Source: Escherichia coli
Lineage (GTDB): Bacteria; Pseudomonadota; Gammaproteobacteria; Enterobacterales; Enterobacteriaceae
DNA length: 64,000 bases
Assembly: GCF_001677475.2 (NCBI RefSeq)
Contig: NZ_CP015229.1
Strand: one strand, 5' to 3'
Part shown: positions 38,560-48,425 of the stretch, one piece after another
Layout of the letters: every line of letters starts with the position of its first letter
Numbering within the stretch: position 1 is the first letter of the stretch
The notes under the pieces: generated by a model
Database searches by the model: none
What the model saw: only the letters and a program-made list of their open reading frames with translations
Told to the model about the DNA's origin: nothing
Made by a program: the position numbers and the translations under genes

Positions 38560-39135
38560 ATGAAAATCAGAGCGGTGAAAGGTATCAGAAACGCACATTA
38601 TCTTGAAAATGGTGCGGTTGACTGCGAGGTGTTATTTGAAGGTGAAACGGAGTTCGCCCTGTATACTGCCATACAGGATGATATGGCCCCGACAGGCCAG
38701 CACATCTGGCAGGAGCTGCAAAGCGGGAAATGGGGCGAAATCGCCCCGTTCACCGTCACGCCGGAACTTATTGCAGCGGCAAAGGATGCCAAAAGGCGGG
38801 AAATTGAGGCATGGCGCGACAGTCAGGAAAACGTTGAGTTTATTTTCACGTTTGATGGCCGTCGTTTTGATGGCGGAAAAACCTCGCAGTCACGCCTTGC
38901 CCCCGTGGTTGCAGCAGCGCAGGCCGGACTGCTTCCGGAGGGATTTTTCTGGACTGATGCGGATAATAACAACGTCGTACTGACCAGGGAGAAACTTATT
39001 GCGCTGAACGATGCCATGATGGTGGCCATGGTGACGGAGGGCTTTAAAATCCACGAACGCCAGCGCGAGATGAAAGAGCAACTTTCCCTGCTGTCCACAC
39101 TGAGCGATATAAGAGCGTTAACGCCCGGTTATTAA
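38560..39135 (+). CDS. Tail fibre assembly protein (second Tfa)
   Basis: ATG 38560 (alternative ATG 38545 right after the fibre stop); about 191 aa downstream of the long fibre gene. Confidence 0.5.
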   Translation: MKIRAVKGIRNAHYLENGAVDCEVLFEGETEFALYTAIQDDMAPTGQHIWQELQSGKWGEIAPFTVTPELIAAAKDAKRREIEAWRDSQENVEFIFTFDGRRFDGGKTSQSRLAPVVAAAQAGLLPEGFFWTDADNNNVVLTREKLIALNDAMMVAMVTEGFKIHERQREMKEQLSLLSTLSDIRALTPGY

Positions 39136-39158
39136 GTCATCATTTTGTATAGTTTATA

Positions 39159-39257
39159 ACGATCGATACAATCGTATCGATCGTCAGTTTGCATCATCTG
39201 TGATTAAATACCCTGGCCCTCAGGGCTGTCGTATCTGGTTAATACACAGGTGGGATC
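39159..39257 (+). promoter_or_regulatory. com-mom upstream control region with GATC-containing inverted repeat
   Basis: Inverted repeat ACGATCGATAC/GTATCGATCGT (39159-39184) carrying two GATC sites, a third GATC at 39254-39257 abutting the com ATG. Confidence 0.45.
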
Positions 39258-39443
39258 ATGGATGCTGTTCGTTGTAAAAACTGCAATAAATTGCTGTTTA
39301 AAGGAAGTTTTAAGCATATAGAAATCAAATGCCCTCGTTGTAAACGTTACATTGTCATGTCGAGTGCCCGGGAGCATCCCACGGAGCTGTATTGTGGGAA
39401 AAGAGAAGAAATCACGCATCCTTACAAAACCCTGCGTTATTGA
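39258..39443 (+). CDS. com: Com zinc-finger translational activator of mom
   Basis: 61 aa; [10 protein letters not shown]...CPRCKR four-Cys zinc finger closely resembling Mu Com; overlaps the mom 5' end. Confidence 0.8.
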   Translation: MDAVRCKNCNKLLFKGSFKHIEIKCPRCKRYIVMSSAREHPTELYCGKREEITHPYKTLRY

Positions 39444-40089
39444 GTATGAAGGCCGTATTGTCGGCTATGGTTCAAGGGAACTGCGCGTTGAAACCATATC
39501 CTGCTGGCTGGCCCGCACAATCATTCAGACAAAGCACTATTCCCGCCGTTTTGTGAATAACTCCTGGTTGCATCTGGGGGTATTCAGCGGACGTGATCTG
39601 GTTGGCGTTCTCCAGTGGGGATACGCCCTTAATCCCAACTCAGGGCGTCGGGTCGTGCTGGAAACGGATAACCGGGGCTATATGGAACTGAACCGCATGT
39701 GGTTACACGACGACATGCCCCGCAACTCTGAATCACGGGCTATCAGCTACGCACTGAAAACCATCAGGTTACTGTATCCATCAGTGGAGTGGGTTCAGTC
39801 CTTTGCAGACGAACGCTGCGGACGTGCAGGTGTTGTGTATCAGGCATCTAATTTTGATTTTATTGGTAGCCATGAAAGCACGTTCTACGAGCTGGACGGC
39901 GAGTGGTATCACGAGATAACGATGAACGCGATTAAGCGTGGAGGACAACGAGGCGAGTATTTGCGGGCTAATAAGGAGCGGGCGGTGGTACACAAATTTA
40001 ATCAGTATCGCTACATCAGATTCCTGAACAAGCGCGCAAAAAAGCGATTAAATACCAAGCTATTCAGGATTCAGCCATACCCGAAGTGA
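39394..40089 (+). CDS. mom: Mom DNA-modification protein (anti-restriction)
   Basis: Frame open from 39352; start placed at GTG 39394 (231 aa, start uncertain); last gene before the prophage right end as in Mu. Confidence 0.7.
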   Translation: MGKEKKSRILTKPCVIEYEGRIVGYGSRELRVETISCWLARTIIQTKHYSRRFVNNSWLHLGVFSGRDLVGVLQWGYALNPNSGRRVVLETDNRGYMELNRMWLHDDMPRNSESRAISYALKTIRLLYPSVEWVQSFADERCGRAGVVYQASNFDFIGSHESTFYELDGEWYHEITMNAIKRGGQRGEYLRANKERAVVHKFNQYRYIRFLNKRAKKRLNTKLFRIQPYPK

Positions 40090-40154
40090 TCTCACTTAAT
40101 GAATAAAAAAGCAGCGGCCAATGCCGCTGTTTCGTTTGAAGCGCGAAAATTAAA

Positions 40155-40204
40155 GTTTTCGCATTTATCGTGAAACGTTTTCGCGTTTTTCGTGCGCCGC
40201 TTCA
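40155..40204. repeat. Prophage right terminus (Mu attR-like transposase binding sites, ends ...GCGCCGCTTCA)
   Basis: Reverse complement reads TGAAGCGGCGCACGAAAAACGCGAAAACGTTTCACGATAAATGCGAAAAC, nearly identical to my recollection of the canonical Mu right end. Confidence 0.7.
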
Positions 40205-40207
40205 GCG

Positions 40208-40609
40208 ATGACCCCAAACGGGGAAATGTATTATCCTGATGCTGTTTATAGTTCAGATTATTCATCGCAAGCAATGCCTGGTGATCGTGAAACAGTAGCA
40301 GGTGCTTCTCACTTGTTTATTCATGAAATGATGCATGTTTGGCAATATCAGAAAGGGTATGCAGTTAAGTTGCGTGGTTTATTTTCCTGGGCGGCAAATT
40401 ATCATTACGATCTTAATTTACAGTCAATTTCTTCTTATTCCATGGAACAACAAGCATCTATAGTTGCTGATTATTGGCTATTAATTAACTATGGACTGGT
40501 GGCTGATTTGGCAAATGTTAACTATGTAGGTGATACAACTGAATCAGTGAACACTCTATCGGAAAAATACAAAAAGGTGCTTAATTTTTTTCCTGCGGGT
40601 GTCATATGA
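40208..40609 (+). CDS. HEXXH motif protein (putative zinc metallopeptidase-like toxin domain), possibly a 5'-truncated remnant
   Basis: 133-aa ORF starting 4 nt after the prophage terminus; HEMMH signature; stop overlaps the start of the next gene (ATGA). Confidence 0.45.
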   Translation: MTPNGEMYYPDAVYSSDYSSQAMPGDRETVAGASHLFIHEMMHVWQYQKGYAVKLRGLFSWAANYHYDLNLQSISSYSMEQQASIVADYWLLINYGLVADLANVNYVGDTTESVNTLSEKYKKVLNFFPAGVI

Positions 40610-40962
40610 AGAGATTCTTTTTGTTTTTCTTTTTGTCGGGATGCACTGTTGGTGATTATGTTCGCCCATTGTTACCCGGTAGTGTATATTTGCAAGACGG
40701 ACAGATTTGTTCAAAACCAGACGATGGGAATATTATTTCAAATTATGTTTTATATGAAGGTAAATATGGCAATGCAATAAAGTTGAAAAGAGTGACAGGT
40801 CAGTTCGAACCCGTATGTATTGATATAAGTGAGCTATCTTCAGATGTTATGTATATCGGGAAATATATGCTCTCTTCCGGAAGTAAAAAAGAATACTATG
40901 GTTTTAGCATAATTAGAACCGGAGAACGTATTTTAAGACTTGATGATAATCATATCAAATAA
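40606..40962 (+). CDS. Lipoprotein, candidate immunity protein
   Basis: 118 aa; signal peptide with lipobox (MKRFFLFFFLSGC); AT-rich; translationally coupled to the upstream HEXXH ORF. Confidence 0.5.
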   Translation: MKRFFLFFFLSGCTVGDYVRPLLPGSVYLQDGQICSKPDDGNIISNYVLYEGKYGNAIKLKRVTGQFEPVCIDISELSSDVMYIGKYMLSSGSKKEYYGFSIIRTGERILRLDDNHIK

Positions 40963-41183
40963 CAGATTAAATAATTTTATTAGTTTTATTAATGTACTTT
41001 AGGTGAATGTTTCCACCAGGTTAACATGACGGTGCATTCTTCAAGGCATATATGGTTGATAGTATCTTCAGTAGCATGCATAAGTATTGAGATGTTTTAT
41101 GCCAGCTACGAATATATTGCATGTTTTATTCTCTGTAAGATTTCTTATTAGCACTTATCCATTTCTAGTTAAAAGGATTAATT

Positions 41184-43178
41184 ATGAGTTTTGCAGCTAC
41201 AGATTATCCATCCGGCGCACTAACTGGATCGGGTACACATAACGTGACTTTGAGCGGCAGCGCAGTTCCTGATGGAATGTTACTGTTTGCAAGCTTAGGG
41301 GGTACAGAAACAGTAGGGGAACTATTTACTTATTCTATTAAATTAAAAACTCCTGACATCCTGAACCTGGGCTATGTTTCCCCCGCAGCCAACCTACAGC
41401 TCAAACCGATGGTGGGCAAAGATCTGTGCGTCAATATCGAATTGGATGGCGGCGGAAAACGTTACATCAGCGGGCTGGTGACGGCGGCACGCGTGGCTGG
41501 TCATCAAGGACGTTCGGTGGTGTATGAACTGCGGCTCGAACCGTGGTTAAAAATACTGACCCACACTAGTGACTACAAAGCGTTTCAAAATAAAAACGTG
41601 GTGGAGATCCTGGATGAGGTACTGGATGAGTACCCCTGGCCAGTGGAAAAACGACTGGTGGAAAATTATCCGACTCGCGCCTGGCAGGTGCAGTACGGTG
41701 AAACAGATTTCGATTTTATTCAGCGCCTGATGCAGGAGTGGGGTATCTACTGGTGGTTTGAGCACAGCGAGAACAGTCACACGTTAGTGCTGGCTGATGC
41801 CATTAATGTCCACAAGGCATGCGCAGATTCGCCGCTGGTGTGTTATTACCAGAAAGGGCTGAAACTGGACAAGGAGTTTATCCATACCATCACAGCAAAT
41901 GAAAGTCTGCGCAGCGGACAGTGGGTGCTGAATGATTTCGACTTTATGAAGCCGCGTTCACTGCTGAAGAGCACCGTGGCTAATCCGCGTGAAACCGGCC
42001 TTGCTGAATATGAGCACTACGAATGGCCGGGAGATTACTTCACAAAGAGTGAAGGTGAAATGCTGACACGCATTCGCATGGAAGAACAGCGTAGCCCCGG
42101 TAGTCGGGTACAGGGCAGCGGCAATATTCGTACCCTGATAACGGGTTTTACCTTCACCCTGGAAAACTATCCGACAGCCGAAGTGAACCGGGAATATCTG
42201 CTGGTACAGACCACGCTATTTATACAGGACAATGCGCAACACAGCGGCCAGGAGCAGCATTTCTCTTACTCAACCAGCTTTGAACTGCATCCCACCAGCG
42301 AAGTTTACCGCCCACAACGAACCCTGTGCAAACCCCACACTAAAGGCCCGCAGAGCGCAATCGTCACCGGCCCGGCAGGGCAGGAAATCTGGACAGATAA
42401 ATATGGACGGGTGAAAGTTCAGTTTGGCTGGGATCGTTACGGTAAGAATGACGAAAATAGTTCCTGCTGGGTCCGTGTCAGTTATCCGTGGGCGGGTAAA
42501 GGATTCGGTGGCATTCAGATCCCGCGCATTGGTCAGGAAGTACTGGTGGATTTCAAAAACGGTGATCCGGATTTACCGATAATTGTTGGGCGTACCTACA
42601 ACCAGGACACCATGCCACCGTGGGGACTACCGGGCGCAGCGACGCAAAGCGGATTTTACAGTCACACTATCGGCGGCGGCCCAACCAATGCCAACGCACT
42701 ACGTTTTGAGGATAAACCTGGCGGTGAAGAGGTCTGGCTACATGCCGAAAAAGATCAGCGGATTGAAGTAAATAATAATGAAAGCCACTGGGTGGGCAAT
42801 AATCGCCTTAAAGTCATTGATAAAACAGAAACAGCGATAATTGGTGAGGAACGTTCTCTTACAGTTCAGATGGATGATACCTCCCTTGCCGGACAAAACA
42901 AAACGATTCAGGCCGTACAGAATTTACGCCTTGCTGCGGGAGATTCCATAATTCTTAGTTGTGGGAACACTATCCTGCAAATGACCAGTGACGGAATATT
43001 TAATATAACCTGTAAGAATTTTAATATTACTGCAACAGAAAATGGAAAGATAAATACACAATCAGGTCAGCTTGATTTAAATATGAATAACAGGGCGGCA
43101 GATATACTTCCGCCTGGAACATCGGAAAAAACAGCCCTTCAATTGGCGATAGACGTCGCCTTCATGACTAAAAAATAA
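41184..43178 (+). CDS. vgrG: Type VI secretion system spike protein VgrG
   Basis: 664 aa with conserved VgrG gp27/gp5-like core (e.g. [38 protein letters not shown]); AT-rich promoter region upstream. Confidence 0.85.
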   Translation: MSFAATDYPSGALTGSGTHNVTLSGSAVPDGMLLFASLGGTETVGELFTYSIKLKTPDILNLGYVSPAANLQLKPMVGKDLCVNIELDGGGKRYISGLVTAARVAGHQGRSVVYELRLEPWLKILTHTSDYKAFQNKNVVEILDEVLDEYPWPVEKRLVENYPTRAWQVQYGETDFDFIQRLMQEWGIYWWFEHSENSHTLVLADAINVHKACADSPLVCYYQKGLKLDKEFIHTITANESLRSGQWVLNDFDFMKPRSLLKSTVANPRETGLAEYEHYEWPGDYFTKSEGEMLTRIRMEEQRSPGSRVQGSGNIRTLITGFTFTLENYPTAEVNREYLLVQTTLFIQDNAQHSGQEQHFSYSTSFELHPTSEVYRPQRTLCKPHTKGPQSAIVTGPAGQEIWTDKYGRVKVQFGWDRYGKNDENSSCWVRVSYPWAGKGFGGIQIPRIGQEVLVDFKNGDPDLPIIVGRTYNQDTMPPWGLPGAATQSGFYSHTIGGGPTNANALRFEDKPGGEEVWLHAEKDQRIEVNNNESHWVGNNRLKVIDKTETAIIGEERSLTVQMDDTSLAGQNKTIQAVQNLRLAAGDSIILSCGNTILQMTSDGIFNITCKNFNITATENGKINTQSGQLDLNMNNRAADILPPGTSEKTALQLAIDVAFMTKK

Positions 43179-43228
43179 ACAAAAACCATCATTAAATAAT
43201 TTATTAATTTAAAAGGACTCATATCATT

Positions 43229-43681
43229 ATGACGGAGTATTATCTCAATGAAACTGTTGTAAGTTTTTCCGGGAATATTATTCAGGACAGTACTATTAAT
43301 ATGCTTCGCCTCAGCGATCCCGACGCTGCACTCATTATCAGCCGGGGCCAGATGCAGGAAGGAGACGAATTAGCCTCCCAGATTGAACAGCAAATGAAAA
43401 AACTGGAGAAACAGGTAAAGGATCTTCACTACACGCCCGTTCAGGTAACACGGGTGGGGATTAATGACGGTGAAGAAGGACTGGAAATACAGAGCCAGTT
43501 TCTCCGGGGTAACGAGCAGGTGTACCAGTGTCAGGTGGCATTTGTATTGCCGGGTGAGCGGGTCATGATGGCCTTCACCTACGCCCGAACCACACCGCTG
43601 ACCCCGGCAGATATGACGCGCTGGGCTGAAATTAAAAAGAATCTGCGCTTCAGGATGCGGCAGGAAGCCGGGACGAATTAA
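43229..43681 (+). CDS. DUF1795 (EagR-like) effector chaperone
   Basis: 150 aa between vgrG and a prePAAR-Rhs gene; typical position and size. Confidence 0.6.
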   Translation: MTEYYLNETVVSFSGNIIQDSTINMLRLSDPDAALIISRGQMQEGDELASQIEQQMKKLEKQVKDLHYTPVQVTRVGINDGEEGLEIQSQFLRGNEQVYQCQVAFVLPGERVMMAFTYARTTPLTPADMTRWAEIKKNLRFRMRQEAGTN

Positions 43682-43699
43682 TCACACAGGGAACGGGAC

Positions 43700-46600
43700 A
43701 TGGAAGAGGCATTCTGGGCGGCAAGGCAGGGTGATGCCCTGCTGCATACGTCGTTTATGGCAGATGTGCTGGGGGCAGTTGTAGAGGTTGCCGCCACAGC
43801 CCTGGTGGATGTTCTGGTTGTCGGAACCATGGCGGCGCTGGGCGGAGTTGAAGTGGCAACGCTGGGCTGCTCAACCATTTTAGCGATCGGTATAGCAACA
43901 GCGGTATTTATGTCGTATCAGGGCTGGAATGACCGAATCAGTAGGGAAAGTGAGCAACTGGCGAACTGGCTTTTCCCGCCTCAGATTGAAGGTTACATCC
44001 TCACCGGCTCTGGCGACACATGGATCAACAGCAAACCTGCCGCGCGGGCCGCGGCGACTGCGGCATCGCGGCAGGACATTGAGGCGCAGGAGGCGCAGGC
44101 GAAGGCGGAACAGGAAGAAGCGCAGCGTCAGGAGGATGCCAGAACGTTCCTGGATGTGGCCGGGGAATATCTGGAAATGGCGGGGGCCATAGCCCTGGCG
44201 GTTAACCCGGTGACAGGGCCTGTGCTGATGTCCCGGGCGCTGCACGACCAGCTCAGTACGGAAGAAGGGCGTTCTGAAATGGTGGATGGCGTGACACATT
44301 TTGTGTCGGAACTATGGCAGCCCACCGTGGCCAGTGCGGCCCCGGGCTCCACCCCGACCCCTGACGATAAAATCGACTGCCATAAACATCCCTCCTCACT
44401 GACGCAGTTTCTCGCACAAAAAAAAGCCGCCTTTCTGGATGACCCCCTGGGAACGGCCCTTAACCTGCTGAGTCCGGGCGGTATGCTGGAAACCGCCTTT
44501 CAGGGAGTGAATGCGGTTATTGGCAGCATCAGTAATCTGTTCAAAGGCGATGATGAACCGCCCGCAGCGGAATATATCGCGGAAGGCGCGCGGGATGTGC
44601 GTATCAACAGCCAGCCGGCGGCACGCAGCGGGGCACGCTGCACCTGCGAGGCCAGGGTGGTGAATGAGCCGGGGAACGGGGCGTTTGTGTCACCGGATGT
44701 CCGCATTGGCGGTCCGTTACTGGTGGTCAGGGATATCAGAAGCGGCAGGTCGCAGATAACCCTGGTGGCAACCGTGGCGCTGATGTTTCTTCGCCCGGGC
44801 AAAATGCTTTCTAAAATCGCCTGTTTTGCTGCCAGTGTCGGGATGGGGGTGATGACGCAGAAGGCCATCAGTGCCCTTCCGCATCCGGTCAATGCCGCCA
44901 CCGGAGCCAAATATCTGGCCGATGACGATGATTTTGACTTCAGTCTGCCGGGCCACTTTCCGCTGGACTGGCAGCGCGTGTACAGCAGTCGTGACGACCG
45001 CACGGAAGGGATGTTCGGGCAGGGCTGGAGTGTAATGTATGAAGTCAGCCTCGAGCGCACGCCGGGTACTGCTGACGAAAACTGTATGACCTTTGTGTCG
45101 GGCATGGGACGACGTCTGGATATGGAGGCCGTGCTGCCGGGGAGCGGGTTTTACAGCCCCGGCGAAGGACTGGCAGTACGGCGGGGTGAGCAGGGGCACT
45201 GGCTTATCAGCAGCGATGACGGGCAGTTTTTTCTGTTTGAGGCCGACCCGCGTCACCCGCAGCGCCAGCGGCTGAAAATGCTGGGCGACCGCAACAGCAA
45301 CTGTCTGAATCTGTACTACGACGAGCTGGGGCGCATCACGCAAATCAGCGGTGAACAGCAGCGTCCGTGCATCCGTCTGCATTATGAACTGGCGGCGCAT
45401 CCCCGGCGGGTGACACAGATTTATCAGCATTTCCCTGAGATGGCTCCTTTACTGCTGCGTCGTTACCGCTATGACGAGGCCGGCGACCTGAACGGCGTGT
45501 ACGACAGCACGGGGCACCTGCTGCGCGAGTTTGCTTACGACGAAAACCACTGCATGACCCTGCACCGCCAGCCGGGCGGCGAAGGGTATTATTACCAGTG
45601 GGGCTGGTATGAAGGCCCGGATGACGCAGCGTGGCGGGTGACGGGGCACCACACGGACAGCGGTGAACAGTACCGGCTGGCGTGGAGCCTGGCGGCACGC
45701 AGGCTGTGCGTGACGGACGGGCTGGGGCGCACGCGTTATCATCAGTGGGACGCGCAAAATCAGGTGACGGCGTACCAGGACGAAGCCGGGCAGGTGACGA
45801 CGTTCCGCTGGAGCGACGAAGAACGGCTGTTACTGGGAATGACCGATGCGCAGGGCGGCAAATGGCGCTATGTGTATGACCGGCAGGGGCATATCACGGA
45901 GACGCACGACCCGCTGGGGCGGGTGGCACAGACACAGTGGCACCCGGTGTGGCACCAGCCGGAAACGGAGGTGGACGCGGCGGGGAACAGCTGGTGCTGT
46001 GAGTACGATGAACGCGGCAATCTTCTTGCGGTGACCGACCCGCTGCAGCAGAACACCCGGTATCAGTATGACCGCCACGGCCAGGTGGTGCAGATAACGG
46101 ATGCGCGCGGGGGGAATAAATACCTTCAGTGGAACGAAGACGGGCAGCTCATGCGGCACACGGACTGTTCCGGCTCGCAGACGGCCTGGTTCTACGACGA
46201 ACGCACGCGGCTGATACGGATGACAGACGCGCAGAGCCACAGCACGCGCTACGGGTATGACGACAGCGGCCACCTGACGGAGGTGATACTGGCGGACGGC
46301 CGCACGGTGAATTACCAGTCGGACGCGGCGGGCAGGCTGGTGAAGTACACCAGCCCGATGGGGAGGATAACGCGCTGGCAGCGGGACGGGCAGGGCCGGG
46401 TGCGCAGCCGGACAGACGCGACGGGGCGCAGGACGGCGTTCGGGTACGATGCCTACGGGCGTCTGGTCACGCTCACGAACGAGAACGGAGAAAGCTACCG
46501 GTTCCGCCATGACGTGCTGGACCGTCTGGCGGAGCAGATAAATCCGGACGGCTGCCGCCAGACGTACCGCTACAACGCGCTGAACGCGGTCACGGAAGTG

Positions 46601-48415
46601 GTGTTCACCGGGGACCGGGGCGGTGAAATCCGCCACCGGCTGGCACGTGATGCGGCGGGCCGGCTCACGGCAAAGGAGACAGCCGATGGCCATACGGAAT
46701 ACGTCCATGATGCGGCAGACCAGCTACTGGAAATCCGCCGCCGACGGTCGGATGCCGGGGAAACAGACGCACCGGAGATTATCCGTTTCAGTTACGACAG
46801 ACTGGGGCGGATGCTGACCGAGGAGACGGCGCAGGGCGTCCTGACCCATCAGTACGATGAACTCAGCAACCGGACAGCCACCACCTTTCCGGATGGCAGA
46901 ACGCAGCGTCATCTGTACTACGGCAGCGGCCATCTCCAGCAGATAAATCTGGACCGGGAGGTCATCAGCGAGTTCACACGTGACGCCCTGCACCGGGAAG
47001 TGCTCAGAAGTCAGGGGCGACTGAGCACGCGGCAGCTTTATGACCCCGCCGGGCGGCTGAAGCGCAGGGAGACATACAGCGGGATGCGCGGGGTGGTACC
47101 GGAGACGTTCACGGACCGGCAGTACAGCTACAGCGGCGAGGATGAATTGCTGAAGACGCGGCACAGCCGGCGGGGGGAAACGGATTACGTCTACGACCCC
47201 ACGGGGCGCATCACGGCGTGCCGCTCGGAGGATGAGGGGTATCTGGCGAGCTGGCAGTACGACGCGGCGGGAAACCTGCTGGGGAGGCGCGCGGGGGAAA
47301 GGGCCACGGCAGAAAACAGCGTGGTGCCGTTCAACCGGCTGATGTCTTACCGTGGTGTGCACTACCGTTATGACGAATTTGGCCGGACGGTGGAAAAGGA
47401 GGGCCGGAGCGGCACGCAGAGTTACCGTTATGATGCGGAACACCGGATGGTGGAAGTGACGACAGCGCGGGGGACATACCGGTATGTGTACGATGCGCTG
47501 GGGAGGCGGACGGAAAAACAGCACATCAGCCCTGACGGTAAAGCGTACAACCGGACGACATTTTTATGGGACGGAATGCGGCTGGCGCAGGAGAGCAGGC
47601 CGGAGGGAATAAGCAGCCTGTATATCTACAGCGACCCGGGGAGTTATGAACCGCTGGCGCGGGTGGATAAGGCGGGCAAAGAGGGCCCGAACCGGATACT
47701 GTATTTTCACACGGATGTGAACGGTGCGCCGGAAGAGATGACGGACAGTGACGGGAAAATCGTGTGGGAGACGGGGTATCAGGTCTGGGGTAACACGATA
47801 CAGGAGAAGGACCACGGCGGGGTGGAGCAGAACCTGCGCTACCAGGGACAGTACCTCGACAGGGAAACGGGGCTGCACTACAATCTGCACAGGTACTATG
47901 ATCCGGATGTCGGGCGGTTCATGGTAACGGACCCGATAGGGCTGGCGGGGGGGCTGAATCTTTATACTTATGCGCCTAATCCAGTAAGCTGGATAGATCC
48001 CCTTGGTTTAAGTTGTTACTTTAATTCTAAGTCTAATCGCTGGCATGACAGGCAGACAGGTCGTTTTACAAAACGACCAACAGATCCTTCAGAATTAGTT
48101 CATAATGGCCGAATTGACAAGGCTGATATAGATGTTTGGGCTAGTCAAGGAGGGATTCCAAATACATGGGGGCATGATCCGTTAAAATTCCCCAGTGGTG
48201 GTTTTAAATATGATGCTGGTAATTATACTGTTCATGGTCATGGTGCTAATCCATCTGCGGCAGCTAAATTTCCTAATTCTAATGCGGCAAATGGGCCGAC
48301 AGCGAGCATGAAAAATACTTCAACAGGTGAAGTGTTTAGAACCGATGGAACTTGGGGGACATTCAAATCAGATGCCAATGGTGCTCATATCCCCCTTGAT
48401 GGCTCACCTTATTGA
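43700..48415 (+). CDS. rhs: Rhs-family polymorphic toxin (T6SS effector) with prePAAR motif, TM segment, YD repeats and variable C-terminal toxin domain
   Basis: 1571 aa; N-terminal AARQGDALLH (prePAAR) plus hydrophobic helices; many YD-type repeats; conserved DPIGLAGGLNLYTYAPNPVSWIDPLGL boundary followed by about 135 aa of unrelated AT-rich sequence. Confidence 0.85.
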   Translation: MEEAFWAARQGDALLHTSFMADVLGAVVEVAATALVDVLVVGTMAALGGVEVATLGCSTILAIGIATAVFMSYQGWNDRISRESEQLANWLFPPQIEGYILTGSGDTWINSKPAARAAATAASRQDIEAQEAQAKAEQEEAQRQEDARTFLDVAGEYLEMAGAIALAVNPVTGPVLMSRALHDQLSTEEGRSEMVDGVTHFVSELWQPTVASAAPGSTPTPDDKIDCHKHPSSLTQFLAQKKAAFLDDPLGTALNLLSPGGMLETAFQGVNAVIGSISNLFKGDDEPPAAEYIAEGARDVRINSQPAARSGARCTCEARVVNEPGNGAFVSPDVRIGGPLLVVRDIRSGRSQITLVATVALMFLRPGKMLSKIACFAASVGMGVMTQKAISALPHPVNAATGAKYLADDDDFDFSLPGHFPLDWQRVYSSRDDRTEGMFGQGWSVMYEVSLERTPGTADENCMTFVSGMGRRLDMEAVLPGSGFYSPGEGLAVRRGEQGHWLISSDDGQFFLFEADPRHPQRQRLKMLGDRNSNCLNLYYDELGRITQISGEQQRPCIRLHYELAAHPRRVTQIYQHFPEMAPLLLRRYRYDEAGDLNGVYDSTGHLLREFAYDENHCMTLHRQPGGEGYYYQWGWYEGPDDAAWRVTGHHTDSGEQYRLAWSLAARRLCVTDGLGRTRYHQWDAQNQVTAYQDEAGQVTTFRWSDEERLLLGMTDAQGGKWRYVYDRQGHITETHDPLGRVAQTQWHPVWHQPETEVDAAGNSWCCEYDERGNLLAVTDPLQQNTRYQYDRHGQVVQITDARGGNKYLQWNEDGQLMRHTDCSGSQTAWFYDERTRLIRMTDAQSHSTRYGYDDSGHLTEVILADGRTVNYQSDAAGRLVKYTSPMGRITRWQRDGQGRVRSRTDATGRRTAFGYDAYGRLVTLTNENGESYRFRHDVLDRLAEQINPDGCRQTYRYNALNAVTEVVFTGDRGGEIRHRLARDAAGRLTAKETADGHTEYVHDAADQLLEIRRRRSDAGETDAPEIIRFSYDRLGRMLTEETAQGVLTHQYDELSNRTATTFPDGRTQRHLYYGSGHLQQINLDREVISEFTRDALHREVLRSQGRLSTRQLYDPAGRLKRRETYSGMRGVVPETFTDRQYSYSGEDELLKTRHSRRGETDYVYDPTGRITACRSEDEGYLASWQYDAAGNLLGRRAGERATAENSVVPFNRLMSYRGVHYRYDEFGRTVEKEGRSGTQSYRYDAEHRMVEVTTARGTYRYVYDALGRRTEKQHISPDGKAYNRTTFLWDGMRLAQESRPEGISSLYIYSDPGSYEPLARVDKAGKEGPNRILYFHTDVNGAPEEMTDSDGKIVWETGYQVWGNTIQEKDHGGVEQNLRYQGQYLDRETGLHYNLHRYYDPDVGRFMVTDPIGLAGGLNLYTYAPNPVSWIDPLGLSCYFNSKSNRWHDRQTGRFTKRPTDPSELVHNGRIDKADIDVWASQGGIPNTWGHDPLKFPSGGFKYDAGNYTVHGHGANPSAAAKFPNSNAANGPTASMKNTSTGEVFRTDGTWGTFKSDANGAHIPLDGSPY

Positions 48416-48425
48416 GATTATTAAT

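Noticed and set aside
44000-48000. Periodic repeats inside the rhs gene as a possible CRISPR-like or tandem-repeat array
   Set aside because: The periodicity is at the protein level (YD/RHS repeats) within a single continuous ORF; no short direct repeats with spacers.
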